From contig CP070758.1 in NCBI GenBank assembly GCA_020348925.1, positions 3,115,688-3,179,687 of the forward strand: a stretch of DNA of 64,000 nucleotides. Reading direction: 5' to 3'. Within the stretch, counting starts at the first letter, position 1. Each line of letters begins with the position of its first letter. This document shows, piece after piece, positions 19,301 through 27,011 of the stretch. Under the pieces are notes generated by a model. That model worked only from the letters and a program-made list of their open reading frames with translations, was not told the origin of the DNA and searched no databases. A program made the position numbers and the translations under genes. The DNA comes from Gemmatimonadota bacterium. Its GTDB lineage: Bacteria; JBHIER01; G020348925.

Positions 19301-21294
19301 TAGATCGACGATTCGTCCACATAGGGCGGTTCGGTATCGACGCAGAAGCACGGATTGTCCTGCGTGTCGGACTCGAGCCAGGCGCAGTTCTTCTCGAAGC
19401 AGTCCTCCTCGCCACAGCAATCATCGTTCTGCTGAGCCTTGCCTGCCCGAGCGCAGGACCACGAGTTCTCGTCCCACGGCACATTGACCGCATCGCAGGC
19501 GTAGACATCGATGCAGACGTGATCGCCGGTCTTGTAGTAGCAGTCCGGCGGATCGAAGATCAAGTAGGGCGGTTCCCATCTGACGTAGTTGATGGTACTA
19601 TCAATGATGGTGCCCAGACCAGGGCCTTGAAGCTCACCGGCGGGGGAGTAATACCTCATATATGGAGGTTGAGAACACCCCTCCACCTCCACCGCAATCA
19701 TGAGGGAGTCGGGATCGACACCCGCAGGTTCGATTTCGCAGGCGCAGGCCTGACCAATGTCATCCACGACCTTCCAGCGGACCATCTGCCCTGTGTCACT
19801 GGTGTAACACAGCGTGCTGTAGGTGACATCCTTCCAGGCGACACCGTCGTGGCTGCACTCCATGTCCGCGATCTTGGGCGGTGTGCGGTCCACGGTGAAA
19901 CTCCAGTGGACGTCCCTGTTCCAAATACCTCCCTGATCCTTGGCGTGGACGTGGACCGAGACGAGCCAGCCGTCCTTCCATTCTAAATCCGGCGCTCCGT
20001 ACCCAGGATGCCCCGGAGCGATCTTGACCGAATCGATGCACTCCTTGCCCAGGAAGACGGTGAATCCTAATTCCAGGTCATCCCTGGCATGCTGTCTGTT
20101 GTACCCGGGACTCGCATTCAAGTATTCGCAAGGCCACGGCGGCCCTGGACAGGCACAAGGTTGATAGACCGGCTCATACCCGTTGAATTGTCCGGTGCCC
20201 GTATAGTAGAGCAGCTGATACATCCACAGCGTATCCGGATTGCCGTCGCCGTTCACGTCGAGCCACCCGGCTCCCGGACCGGTCCCGAAGGCCTCGGTGC
20301 AGGTATCGATGAGGACGTAGGAGGAGCACCAGTCGACGCACTGGCCGAAATCCCAGGCCCTGAATCGGATCACCTGAAAGAGGTCGCTGGTATAACTGCC
20401 GTCCGGAGGACTGATGATCTCAACCTCCGGTCCCTCCTCAACATCGTATCCGCGAATATACTGGGCCTGGTCGTACCATTCCGGTCCGCTTCGATAGTCG
20501 TGATCTTCGGTGAAGTTGATCTCGGTGCGCTCCGTGGTCGGGTCGTAAAATGCGGATCCGTCAGGACCGTTGATCGTCACGTCCTCCATATCTTGGATGA
20601 GGACCGCAAAGGTGTCGTTCGGAGCCAACCCACCCATTTTGTAACCTCCCTCGACCAGGTGGCATCCTTGACTCCGGACGATCATCCACACCCGGATATG
20701 CTCGAGCCGTATCTGGCCCGCATACTCGGTGACCTCATCGATCTCAATACCGTACCCTTGAAAATCGAAGAGAGCCTCCCACGTATTCGGGTCAACAAGG
20801 TTCCAGGTGTCATCTCCGGTTCCCGGTCCATTAATATCCGCAATACGAACTTGAATATCCTCGATGGGGATGAACTCGTGAGGATGGGCTCCGTTCTCCA
20901 GGTAGAACTGCACGCCGGCTGTCGTGTCCTTCCCTGCAAGAAGGGGTTTGATGTCCTGATCCGGATCGAAGTTTGCCCCTCGACCAATGAGGGTCACCAA
21001 CACCGAATCCATGGCCGCACCTTCCTGATCGTGACGATAGTCGAACCGGATCACCGGCGTCCGCTTGCTCGAATAGAGCATCGAATCCGGTGTGGCTGGA
21101 GTGCAGGCAGTCCTCGTACCCCAAGGATTGGTGATCGACCCGAAGGTCGAAGGAATGCAGTCCGGCACATCCGCCGTGTCGGGTTTGACCAAATTCCACA
21201 CTTCCTCATGGCGCCATTGCGCGTTCGCTGTAGAGCTGAGCACAATGAGCACCCCCACAATTCCCAGAGTCAATAGTAACCTAAACTTATTCAT
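13357..21294 (-). CDS. Giant (~2,645 aa) acidic, Cys/Trp-rich secreted protein with tandem Ig-like units and a FlgD/T9SS-type CTD
   Basis: AAAGGAG before ATG 21294, signal peptide MNKFRLLLTLGIVGVLIVLSSTANA; repeated (V/I)D..PP domain junctions; about 85 Cys by hand count; GWNMVS module; [11 protein letters not shown] tail. Alternative in-frame start at 21372/21363. Confidence 0.9.
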   Translation of the reverse strand: MNKFRLLLTLGIVGVLIVLSSTANAQWRHEEVWNLVKPDTADVPDCIPSTFGSITNPWGTRTACTPATPDSMLYSSKRTPVIRFDYRHDQEGAAMDSVLVTLIGRGANFDPDQDIKPLLAGKDTTAGVQFYLENGAHPHEFIPIEDIQVRIADINGPGTGDDTWNLVDPNTWEALFDFQGYGIEIDEVTEYAGQIRLEHIRVWMIVRSQGCHLVEGGYKMGGLAPNDTFAVLIQDMEDVTINGPDGSAFYDPTTERTEINFTEDHDYRSGPEWYDQAQYIRGYDVEEGPEVEIISPPDGSYTSDLFQVIRFRAWDFGQCVDWCSSYVLIDTCTEAFGTGPGAGWLDVNGDGNPDTLWMYQLLYYTGTGQFNGYEPVYQPCACPGPPWPCEYLNASPGYNRQHARDDLELGFTVFLGKECIDSVKIAPGHPGYGAPDLEWKDGWLVSVHVHAKDQGGIWNRDVHWSFTVDRTPPKIADMECSHDGVAWKDVTYSTLCYTSDTGQMVRWKVVDDIGQACACEIEPAGVDPDSLMIAVEVEGCSQPPYMRYYSPAGELQGPGLGTIIDSTINYVRWEPPYLIFDPPDCYYKTGDHVCIDVYACDAVNVPWDENSWSCARAGKAQQNDDCCGEEDCFEKNCAWLESDTQDNPCFCVDTEPPYVDESSIYPPDDSYTSDSCTPIMCQIYDQICGGSGSPHCGYGSGVGGGWMKIKITDIDGGKFHFNSVGERIPGHGSPFDRDNPGTGGWMDVANFTHEAEVAGHQDTVIFNPPEWLEDYLDDGSLPYYDGDHICVQILPYDESVCCDAPYNIPEIPYTWDFNVDEYTPRMVWHWDHWYEHCCELDSNFVSFAIVDVPQAEMDTLMWFMNWPLEWPEWFNQEFNCLFSGVNKNRVWLQFEVEADGKRDTLEGWEGSRRIHWNHPDEMGWWFDCYDAVWPDGNCGRRHNWIKLFGAHLNCQAAHYFFNEFYTKGITTIGVRVGWCDHCDVEWKNISCQLCEPCPVPRWETANCGSTYFEIDIERFPFMEPHRYWSDEYHPFDYSLRTWETCETLLDNGDCWEWHFCQGMFPAEYANWYTLFFECFPPCGGCQDRIHGPVVGHSINTNTDHFFFDTARMKVRVKRNDQWHVAYDAYYQPGCEECDLWGWYEGDNRVCVDGHYTPERINLKLVLPTVWDLGEQQGPDGPFYPQYLHFQHCDVVEVSVSAQADFALFGPDSLLDLWCEECPPEPNKDLIPPEKNGDCLVNGGETDWDVCACYDGIPDTTYVDVHTFIFDVEGPEIVDMNLHTVKGYEDVSSCNLNPHQVTDEDYGNFQLWIEGVVDNTECGVGFDCDWFWLFDRVLTDEVKAESRDQVDDNLLRDFQYAHINFYLVSALTKWNDLDMEIPAREWPEWVPDFMKDVFEQPEGTFFEQHVPDWVWEWLEMNEYYYYWYPLVPWEGVDCYYKLHPYDWGCVWLDVPEDTLYAKIFVSDNLGNVRVVDSRDYGEYLILDNVKPMPVKVEFAYDVYGQDIIGECDGQTTLNMPSRVYCFVHWNDNMDVAEEDFSVKFEDAAGKVWTVRGVTQDDYPKARADMVEVTRPGWIGSDDKTWVGVMDLDDHRMEQGDATMMLYRFSDTACNQMKPWYCDFKLFKGCDPPEICSPLEGDYISGFAPDDSCTNNQHYALLCAYFSHPELLSDVTWQFHDGVAWNDITATEYGEIDDCTCYSWSTLDAAAFGQVATIDLRVISDCGPLDTDTSLVEIDIVVDNDPPDVTITNPVQDQVVTADYLALTFEVTNEVCLADTEWHYSLDDGETWYEVDNPHHWMPENTLAEYLLRLRVTDCAGLVGCEDVTFFWRAILVGFERGGRAMDLPDAFVNAIETDWPGLWGLDDPMGDIYWIPITTYTYDPDCDLYWTPCTVRGRLYPGDNLFVTYRVGTGTPVDSILTHIPAKGTSNFPRNPIYRDGGPNSGTWVVLTNYNGFDYYGYNWVVYDETAPNDGLWIVNSEIYVDGTEFPDVAYIILDSEDPIYHITYEFEADGGPLPMIEHPIYGMIPVTTRQLVDVHIEVDQTVKPELPGDGRLWCWMDIFVYAPGELVDIDGVPACGDELVPCGLGETFDRWMNRPPMEDTTDYHYTWNVTNANQTSEGVADVFVKERDTAGNLVDIEEAEGAGNTGLHILIDVTAPGAPDETKITICDNGQATGDPSAVGTEWYPDLNALRVTIYSGSMLTDVLVEFDANNDGSFSATIGAALTAGDVVYVTATDHAGNESASTAVTVITCEEPFAYNMSAGWNMVSVPVVPDDATLTTLFPDAVASWKYNGGYQTAEEAAEGEGYWLLYGAADLEEITGLPIRTFQKDLTAGWNLVGSCFEDVAISTIVDVSTGMFPTWISPMNIWAWGGSGYLPTGTIKAGGSVWMLAEESGTIEVAVVDASVARVPVVTEEMIEPTWMSRITVQSDSEVKTLEFGAEELATSAYDRRIDRPAPPDVPSTDFVAHFTSDFGIVSNFWRDVRGLEDNSWRLNVDAESALTITWDVLAVPQDMAARLRIDGVEVDMRSQNSISLAKGPHDLDIVVRTVPKTFELAQNYPNPFNPETNITYGLPEDGTVVMKVYNVLGQEIRTLVNEQQSAGYYTVIWDGTNDNGEMVSTGVYIYSIMAGRYVDTKRMVLVK

Positions 21295-21567
21295 TGGCTC
21301 ACTCCTTTTAAGAGTTAGACGTTTTTGGTGCTTCCAACTTATTGGACTCGTCTTTTCGTCCATACGCTCCATCCTCCTTTCGGTTTTAATGGTTTGAATG
21401 ATATGAAGAAATATACCAATAGAAATAAGTACGTTCGTTCCTCCCCCCTTTCGTAATGTAAATGTTATTAAGTGATTTCATTCGTAAACACATATGATAC
21501 TTTAAAAATACTTAAAACCCACCCTTCCCCCTGGTACCCAAGTCCCAAAAGACGCTACACGATATGG

Positions 21568-21820
21568 ATGGTGACTCTGTTCAATCCTTATGTCAAGTTT
21601 AACATATACGAAGCCCCTTGTCAAGTCTTTTTTTACAGTTTTCACAACTTTTAGTAATCCAGGTTGACGCCTTAAGTATTCGCTTTCAACTGTCGGAGAA
21701 AATGTAAGATATAACATCACACATGTCAAGCATTTTTTACATATTCTCCTTCGCCCGAACAGCCTTAAAAATCGTTGTAATATATCAGACAAACCCCTCA
21801 TTTGTCAAGCTTTTTTTTTA
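21568..21820 (-). promoter_or_regulatory. Array of 3-4 tandem sigma70-type promoters with A-tract UP-like elements
   Basis: TTGACA(21808)-N18-TATATT; TTGACA(21729)-N17-TACATT; TTGACA(21624)-N17-TAAACT; TTGACA(21596)-N17-CACCAT (weak); the first three are preceded by A6-A9 tracts. Confidence 0.8.
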
Positions 21821-22148
21821 AAAAAAATGAAAAAAATTCAATGCCTTAGGAATTAAAAAATGATTCTTTGCTCCAGCGTATTGATTTTCAAGCACTTATT
21901 GAATCCCGCGGAATATCCGCTTTTACGCAATATATTGGGTTTGTACCTGGAACAAACGCCTAAATATGGTATATTGTGCTTGACTTTTCGTTTATGAGCG
22001 GACAGAATCGAAGGCGGAGTTCTCCGAGAGAAAAAGTGTTCTCCGTCCATGAAACAGGGCCGGCAAAACAGCTCCGGTGATGCGAAATTTTTGTCAGGGT
22101 GAATCCCGCTCTCGTCGTGGCGTCTCTTCGAGGTCTCTGTTCTCCCGG

Positions 22149-23090
22149 TCACAATTGATAGACTTCCCGAACCCATGACATCTCCCTCTGCAAACCCTCT
22201 TCAAGCTGAACCTTGGGTCTGTAATGAAGCAGTTCTTCAATTTTACTGAGATCCGCCCAGGTGTGGCGAACGTCCCCCTTCTGCACGTGCGTCCATTTTA
22301 TTTTTGGCGCTCTTCCCAGGAGATCCCCCAGTGTTTCCACCACACCCCTCAGCGATACTCTGCTCCCCCCACCCACATTGAGAACTTCACCAGGAGTCGC
22401 ATCGAGGGCTAAAAGATGCGCCTCCGTCACATCCGATACAAAGGTATAGTCCCTCGTCGACGAACCATCACCGTATACCTCAAACTCATCATCACGCAAC
22501 AGCGCCTTTATAAATTTGTGAAAGGCCATGTCCGGGCGCTGGCGCGGACCGTAGACCGAAAATAAACGGAGCGCGACAACAGGCACATCATAACTCTTCC
22601 AATAGAGATGGCACAGATGTTCGGCCGCCAGCTTGGAAACACCGTACGGGGAAACAGGTCTGCACGCAGCATCCTCCCTCATGGGAAGATCGTTCGTATC
22701 GCCGTATACGGAGGAGCTGGAGGTGAAGATGAATCTTTTGAGGGGACAGGCCGTCGCCGCTTCCAAAAGCTTTTGCGTCGCCAGGATATTGTTTTTCGCA
22801 TAAATGTCGAAGTGGGTTCCCCAGCTCGATCGAACGCCGGCCTGAGCGGCCAAATGAAAAACGTATTCGACACGACTCAGGAGTTGTCCGAAATCCACAT
22901 CAAGGATGTTCTCCTCAAGAAACGTGAACCCGCCGTCTCCACGCAGAGCACTCATATTGGATTCTTTCAACCGCCGCGGATAAAAGCCCTCAAAAGAATC
23001 GATCCCAATGACCTCGAAGCCTCGTGTGATCAACTCCTGTGCTACGTGAGATCCGATAAATCCTGCCACGCCTGTGACCAGAGCTTTCAT
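22149..23090 (-). CDS. NAD-dependent nucleotide-sugar epimerase/dehydratase (extended SDR, UDP-glucuronate 4-epimerase-like)
   Basis: TGVAGFIGS, HLAAQAGVR.S, SSSSVYG, YGVSK, VYGPRQRPDMA. Confidence 0.9.
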   Translation of the reverse strand: MKALVTGVAGFIGSHVAQELITRGFEVIGIDSFEGFYPRRLKESNMSALRGDGGFTFLEENILDVDFGQLLSRVEYVFHLAAQAGVRSSWGTHFDIYAKNNILATQKLLEAATACPLKRFIFTSSSSVYGDTNDLPMREDAACRPVSPYGVSKLAAEHLCHLYWKSYDVPVVALRLFSVYGPRQRPDMAFHKFIKALLRDDEFEVYGDGSSTRDYTFVSDVTEAHLLALDATPGEVLNVGGGSRVSLRGVVETLGDLLGRAPKIKWTHVQKGDVRHTWADLSKIEELLHYRPKVQLEEGLQREMSWVREVYQL

Positions 23091-23213
23091 AGATCTCCCT
23101 CTTCAAATCGCCTCATGTCCTCACGTCCGACGTCACAATCACTTCGTACCTGTGGTGCTCGATCGTCTCCCCGACAGTTGGGTTGCACATGCGCCCTCAT
23201 CCTTTATATACCT

Positions 23214-24248
23214 TTATATACTTTTATACACGTTTTCGTAATACTCCAAATATTCCTGAGTCATGACGCTGTTCAGCCAGGCCCGATTCTCAAGATACCA
23301 CTCGATCGTTCGCTCCAAACTGCTGTTGAACTCCGCCTGAGGACGCCACCCCAGGGTCTGCTCTATCTTTCGATTATCGAGAGCATATCGAAAGTCGTGG
23401 GCCGCACCGCGAGGGTCTTCGATGAAACGAATCTTTGCTCTCAATCCTCGCTTCCCGATCTTCTGCTCCAGGAGAATGCAGATGATCTCCACGATGTCGA
23501 TATTTTTTCTCTCGCACTTCCCGCCCGCATTGTAAATCTCTCCCACCTTTCCCTGCTGCAATATCGCGTCGATGGCGCGACAGGTATCCTCAACGTACAG
23601 CCAGTCCCGGACATGATTCCCCTCCCCGTAGACGGGGAGCTCCTTATCGGTGAGCGCATTCTGTATCATTAAAGGGATGAGCTTCTCGGGAAATTGATAG
23701 GGGCCGTAATTGTTCGAGCTCCTCGCGATGAGGACCGGCACCCCGTAGGTCCGATAGTACGCCTGGCAGAGCATATCGGCGGCAGCCTTGCTGGCCGCGT
23801 ACGGAGAACTCGGGTTCACGGGGGACACCTCGGAGAACGTCCCGGACGCCCCCAACGATCCGTACACTTCATCCGTTGATATCTGAACAAATTTTTCCAC
23901 CGGGTACTGACGTACCACCTCAAGCAGAACCCGAGTCCCCATGACATTGGTCTCAAGAAAAGGCGCCGCATCAAGGATACTTCTGTCCACATGAGACTCC
24001 GCGGCGAAATGCACCACGGCCTTGAACCGCTCCCCCTTGAACAGCGAACGCACAAGGGTACGATCACCGATGTCTCCTTTTCGAAATGAATAGCGGGGGT
24101 CGCCCTCCACATCTTTCAAGTTCAGGAGATTTCCGGCATACGTCAGCTTGTCCAAATTCGTAATCCGACACTCCGGACGCTGCCGCAACACAAAGCGGAT
24201 GAAGTTGCTGCCGATAAAACCGGCTCCACCCGTTATTAAAAGATTCAT
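23214..24248 (-). CDS. rfbB: dTDP-glucose 4,6-dehydratase
   Basis: TGGAGFIGSN, DKLTYAGN, AAESHVDRSI, STDEVYG, PYAASK, NNYGPYQFPEKLIP, HDFRY. Confidence 0.95.
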   Translation of the reverse strand: MNLLITGGAGFIGSNFIRFVLRQRPECRITNLDKLTYAGNLLNLKDVEGDPRYSFRKGDIGDRTLVRSLFKGERFKAVVHFAAESHVDRSILDAAPFLETNVMGTRVLLEVVRQYPVEKFVQISTDEVYGSLGASGTFSEVSPVNPSSPYAASKAAADMLCQAYYRTYGVPVLIARSSNNYGPYQFPEKLIPLMIQNALTDKELPVYGEGNHVRDWLYVEDTCRAIDAILQQGKVGEIYNAGGKCERKNIDIVEIICILLEQKIGKRGLRAKIRFIEDPRGAAHDFRYALDNRKIEQTLGWRPQAEFNSSLERTIEWYLENRAWLNSVMTQEYLEYYENVYKSI

Positions 24249-24249
24249 C

Positions 24250-24723
24250 TCATTCACGTCTCCTGTTCCAATCGTAGGGAATCGAAGGATCATCGTAGGG
24301 GACGCGGTATTCGTCCGGCTTTTCGTAATTGTACAGTTGTGTCGGGAAATTGATCATGAGCACCGGCCGGTCACTCTCCGAGGTGAACCCGTGGTACACC
24401 AGCGGAGGAATTTTGATCAAGGCGGGTTGTGACGCATCAACGCGGAATTCGTTCACAGCGCCTCTCGTCGGACTGTTCTCCCTGGGATCATACAGAACGA
24501 TTCTCGCCACACCCTGAATACAGACAAAGTGATCCCACTGCGCAGTATGGTAATGCCACGCCTTGACGACTCCGGGGTAACAGGCGGTCGCGTAACACTG
24601 GGCAAATGTCTCAAACTCCGGCCAGTCGCTCCGCAACATCTCCACGAGATATCCGCGGTCATCCGAGATACGCCTGAGATCTTTCACCCGAACACCCTCA
24701 ATCGGATGTGTCGGGACTGCCAT
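24250..24723 (-). CDS. rfbC: dTDP-4-dehydrorhamnose 3,5-epimerase family (cupin)
   Basis: DDRG.L.E, GVVKAWHYH..Q.D, YD.R..SPT, IPP.V.HGF; directly upstream of rfbB. Confidence 0.85.
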   Translation of the reverse strand: MAVPTHPIEGVRVKDLRRISDDRGYLVEMLRSDWPEFETFAQCYATACYPGVVKAWHYHTAQWDHFVCIQGVARIVLYDPRENSPTRGAVNEFRVDASQPALIKIPPLVYHGFTSESDRPVLMINFPTQLYNYEKPDEYRVPYDDPSIPYDWNRRRE

Positions 24724-24834
24724 CTCCCCCCTCCTGTCAGGACGAGCCATGCGAGATCACCTTGTGATTACAGGAGAGGAATGGAAATTGTCCTGCTTCT
24801 CGTCTCCCTCTTGTCGTCCTCTCCATCTCAAACT

Positions 24835-26169
24835 CTAAACCTTCACAATCTTTTCCCGCTGGCCAACGGTCCTGCGGGTTGCATTTCTGGTATCGATAAT
24901 CAGGTGCGCGGCGTCGACAATCCACTGGTAATCGTACGACGAATGATCGGTGGCGATGAGGACGCAATCCATCTCGGACAGGAGGTCCTGCTCCAGTGCG
25001 ACGGATACGACCTCCCCCTGCTTGCCGTGAGAGGGAGCATACTCCGCAACAAACGGATCATTGTAAGAAACAACAGCTCCTTTGTCTTGAAGCAGCTCCA
25101 TGATTTTCAGAGCGGGCGATTCTCTCAAATCGCCAACGTCTCTCTTATAGGTTATACCCAGTATCAAAATTTTGGACCCTTTGAGGCTCTTCCCTCGGTT
25201 ATTGAGTGCTTCCATGGTACGGCCGACCACGTAGTAGGGCATGTTTGTATTGATCTCACCGGAGAGCTCAATAAACCTCGCCGAGAAATCATACTCCTTG
25301 GCCTTCCATGAGAGATAAAAGGGATCTATCGGAATGCAGTGGCCGCCCAGACCCGGACCCGGATAAAAAGGCATGAAGCCGAAAGGCTTCGTGGCGGCTG
25401 CCTCGATAACCTCCCACACATCAATGCCCATTCTCTCGGCCAACATTTTCAATTCGTTGACCAAAGCGATATTGACGCTTCGAAATACGTTCTCGAACAA
25501 CTTAGTAAGTTCCGCAGCTTTCGCTGAAGAGACGGGAACCACGTTCTCAACGATAGCGCCGTACAGAGTGGTCGCGGCCTGCAAACAGGCGGGTGTGATT
25601 CCTCCCACCACTTTCGGCGTCGTCCGAATCGAATAGTCTCTATTGCCGGGGTCCTCCCTCTCCGGTGAATAGGCCAAGTAAAAGTCCCGGCCGACACGCA
25701 TTCCCCTCTCCTCGAATATGGGCAGCAACAGCTCCTCCGTGGTTCCGGGATATGTTGTGCTTTCGAGGACGATCAACTGGCCTCTCCTGAGATACCGGGC
25801 CACCTCCCGTGCGGTCGTCTCGACGAAACTCAGATCCGGCTCCCTCTTCGTTCCGAGGGGTGTGGGAACGCAGATGTGGATGCTGTCCACTCCGGACAAG
25901 AGGGAGAAATCATTGGTGACCGTGATCCGTCCCGCTTGTTGTATTCTCTGTATTCTCTCCGAAGAGATATAGCTGATGTAACTTTCCCCCCCCTTCAGCT
26001 TCACTATCTTGATGTCATCGATATCAAACCCCAGAACGCCAAAAGACGCCTCCCCAAATTCCATGAGTAAGGGCAAACCAACGTATCCTAAGCCAATAAT
26101 CCCGATCGTTGTTTCTTTGCGTTCGATCTTTGTCACAAAATCTTTGAGCCCGTCAGTTCCCATATTCAT
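24835..26169 (-). CDS. UDP-N-acetylhexosamine 6-dehydrogenase (WbpA/WecC family)
   Basis: GLGYVGLP, CVPTP, ESTTYPGTT, SPEREDPG, AE.TKL.EN.FR.VNIAL.NE, GPGLGGHCIP.DP, D.RESP. Confidence 0.9.
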   Translation of the reverse strand: MNMGTDGLKDFVTKIERKETTIGIIGLGYVGLPLLMEFGEASFGVLGFDIDDIKIVKLKGGESYISYISSERIQRIQQAGRITVTNDFSLLSGVDSIHICVPTPLGTKREPDLSFVETTAREVARYLRRGQLIVLESTTYPGTTEELLLPIFEERGMRVGRDFYLAYSPEREDPGNRDYSIRTTPKVVGGITPACLQAATTLYGAIVENVVPVSSAKAAELTKLFENVFRSVNIALVNELKMLAERMGIDVWEVIEAAATKPFGFMPFYPGPGLGGHCIPIDPFYLSWKAKEYDFSARFIELSGEINTNMPYYVVGRTMEALNNRGKSLKGSKILILGITYKRDVGDLRESPALKIMELLQDKGAVVSYNDPFVAEYAPSHGKQGEVVSVALEQDLLSEMDCVLIATDHSSYDYQWIVDAAHLIIDTRNATRRTVGQREKIVKV

Positions 26170-26331
26170 GACTTGCATTCCGAGGCGAAAGAGAGGATTC
26201 AGGATACTCAACCTGTACCATGCTCTCGAATGAACGAAAGGCGTCGACGAAGGGGACAAACGCGGAGACTCCTTTGAAATGTGTACGGCATCGTTCGAAA
26301 AGGGTCATCCCGTTCGTGCTGGCGACGTCAC

Positions 26332-26952
26332 TCATCGTTCCTCCGCCATCTCTTTGATTTTCATCAATCGTGTCAGGTTGGATCGCTCCAGCTCCTCCAA
26401 TTTCATCGTAATAAACCGGATGGTCTCCTTGAGACTGGGAATCAGGGTGTACTCGAGAGCGTTGACCCGACGCCGCGTCCTGTCGATCTCATCGGCCAAC
26501 AGCATGATCGTCTTCTCAGTCTGAGCCAGCTCGAGAAGCCGGAGGAGAACGGCGTCCAGGGAGCGGAGAGAAACATCGAGCTCGCCGGAGGTATTCGCGA
26601 AACCGTAACAGTAAATCCTGCCCTCGGCCCTGGGCTCGAACAGCGGCACTTCGACGTTCATAATACGCTGGGTCGTCACTCCAACATCGAGTCGCTTTCC
26701 CGGCAGGGCCAGGGCCTCCTCCACCGATGCCCGCGACATGACCGACCGAGCCATCGTAAACCGTTCGAAAGCCCGGTGCAAGTCCCGCTCCACCTCCTGT
26801 CGCAGGCCTTGAATCTGTTTCACAAGATCCATAAACCGTCGCATCAACTCGTCCTGTTTGTCCTTGAGCAACTTATGCCCCCGGATGGCGAGCTTCAGCC
26901 GCTTCTTCAACCTCAGAAGATGCATGCGTGTTGGATTCGCCGCTAAGAGCAT
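26332..26952 (-). CDS. ntpD: V/A-type ATP synthase subunit D
   Basis: PTRM.L..LK.RL..A.RGHKLLKDKQDEL; EI..TRRRVNALEY..IP. Confidence 0.95.
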   Translation of the reverse strand: MLLAANPTRMHLLRLKKRLKLAIRGHKLLKDKQDELMRRFMDLVKQIQGLRQEVERDLHRAFERFTMARSVMSRASVEEALALPGKRLDVGVTTQRIMNVEVPLFEPRAEGRIYCYGFANTSGELDVSLRSLDAVLLRLLELAQTEKTIMLLADEIDRTRRRVNALEYTLIPSLKETIRFITMKLEELERSNLTRLMKIKEMAEER

Positions 26953-27011
26953 GGTTCAGCCCTCAAAGAATGTTTCACAATAATATAGAATGCCAACCAA
27001 AAGATCAGACG

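Noticed and set aside
14770-21276. Long plus-strand ORFs (807, 565, 395 and 283 aa)
   Set aside because: Antisense shadows of the codon-biased giant gene; no motifs or RBS, and composition typical of a reverse frame
21502-22176. ORFs of 99 and 107 aa in the AT-rich intergenic region
   Set aside because: They overlap the promoter array and have no RBS or recognisable motifs
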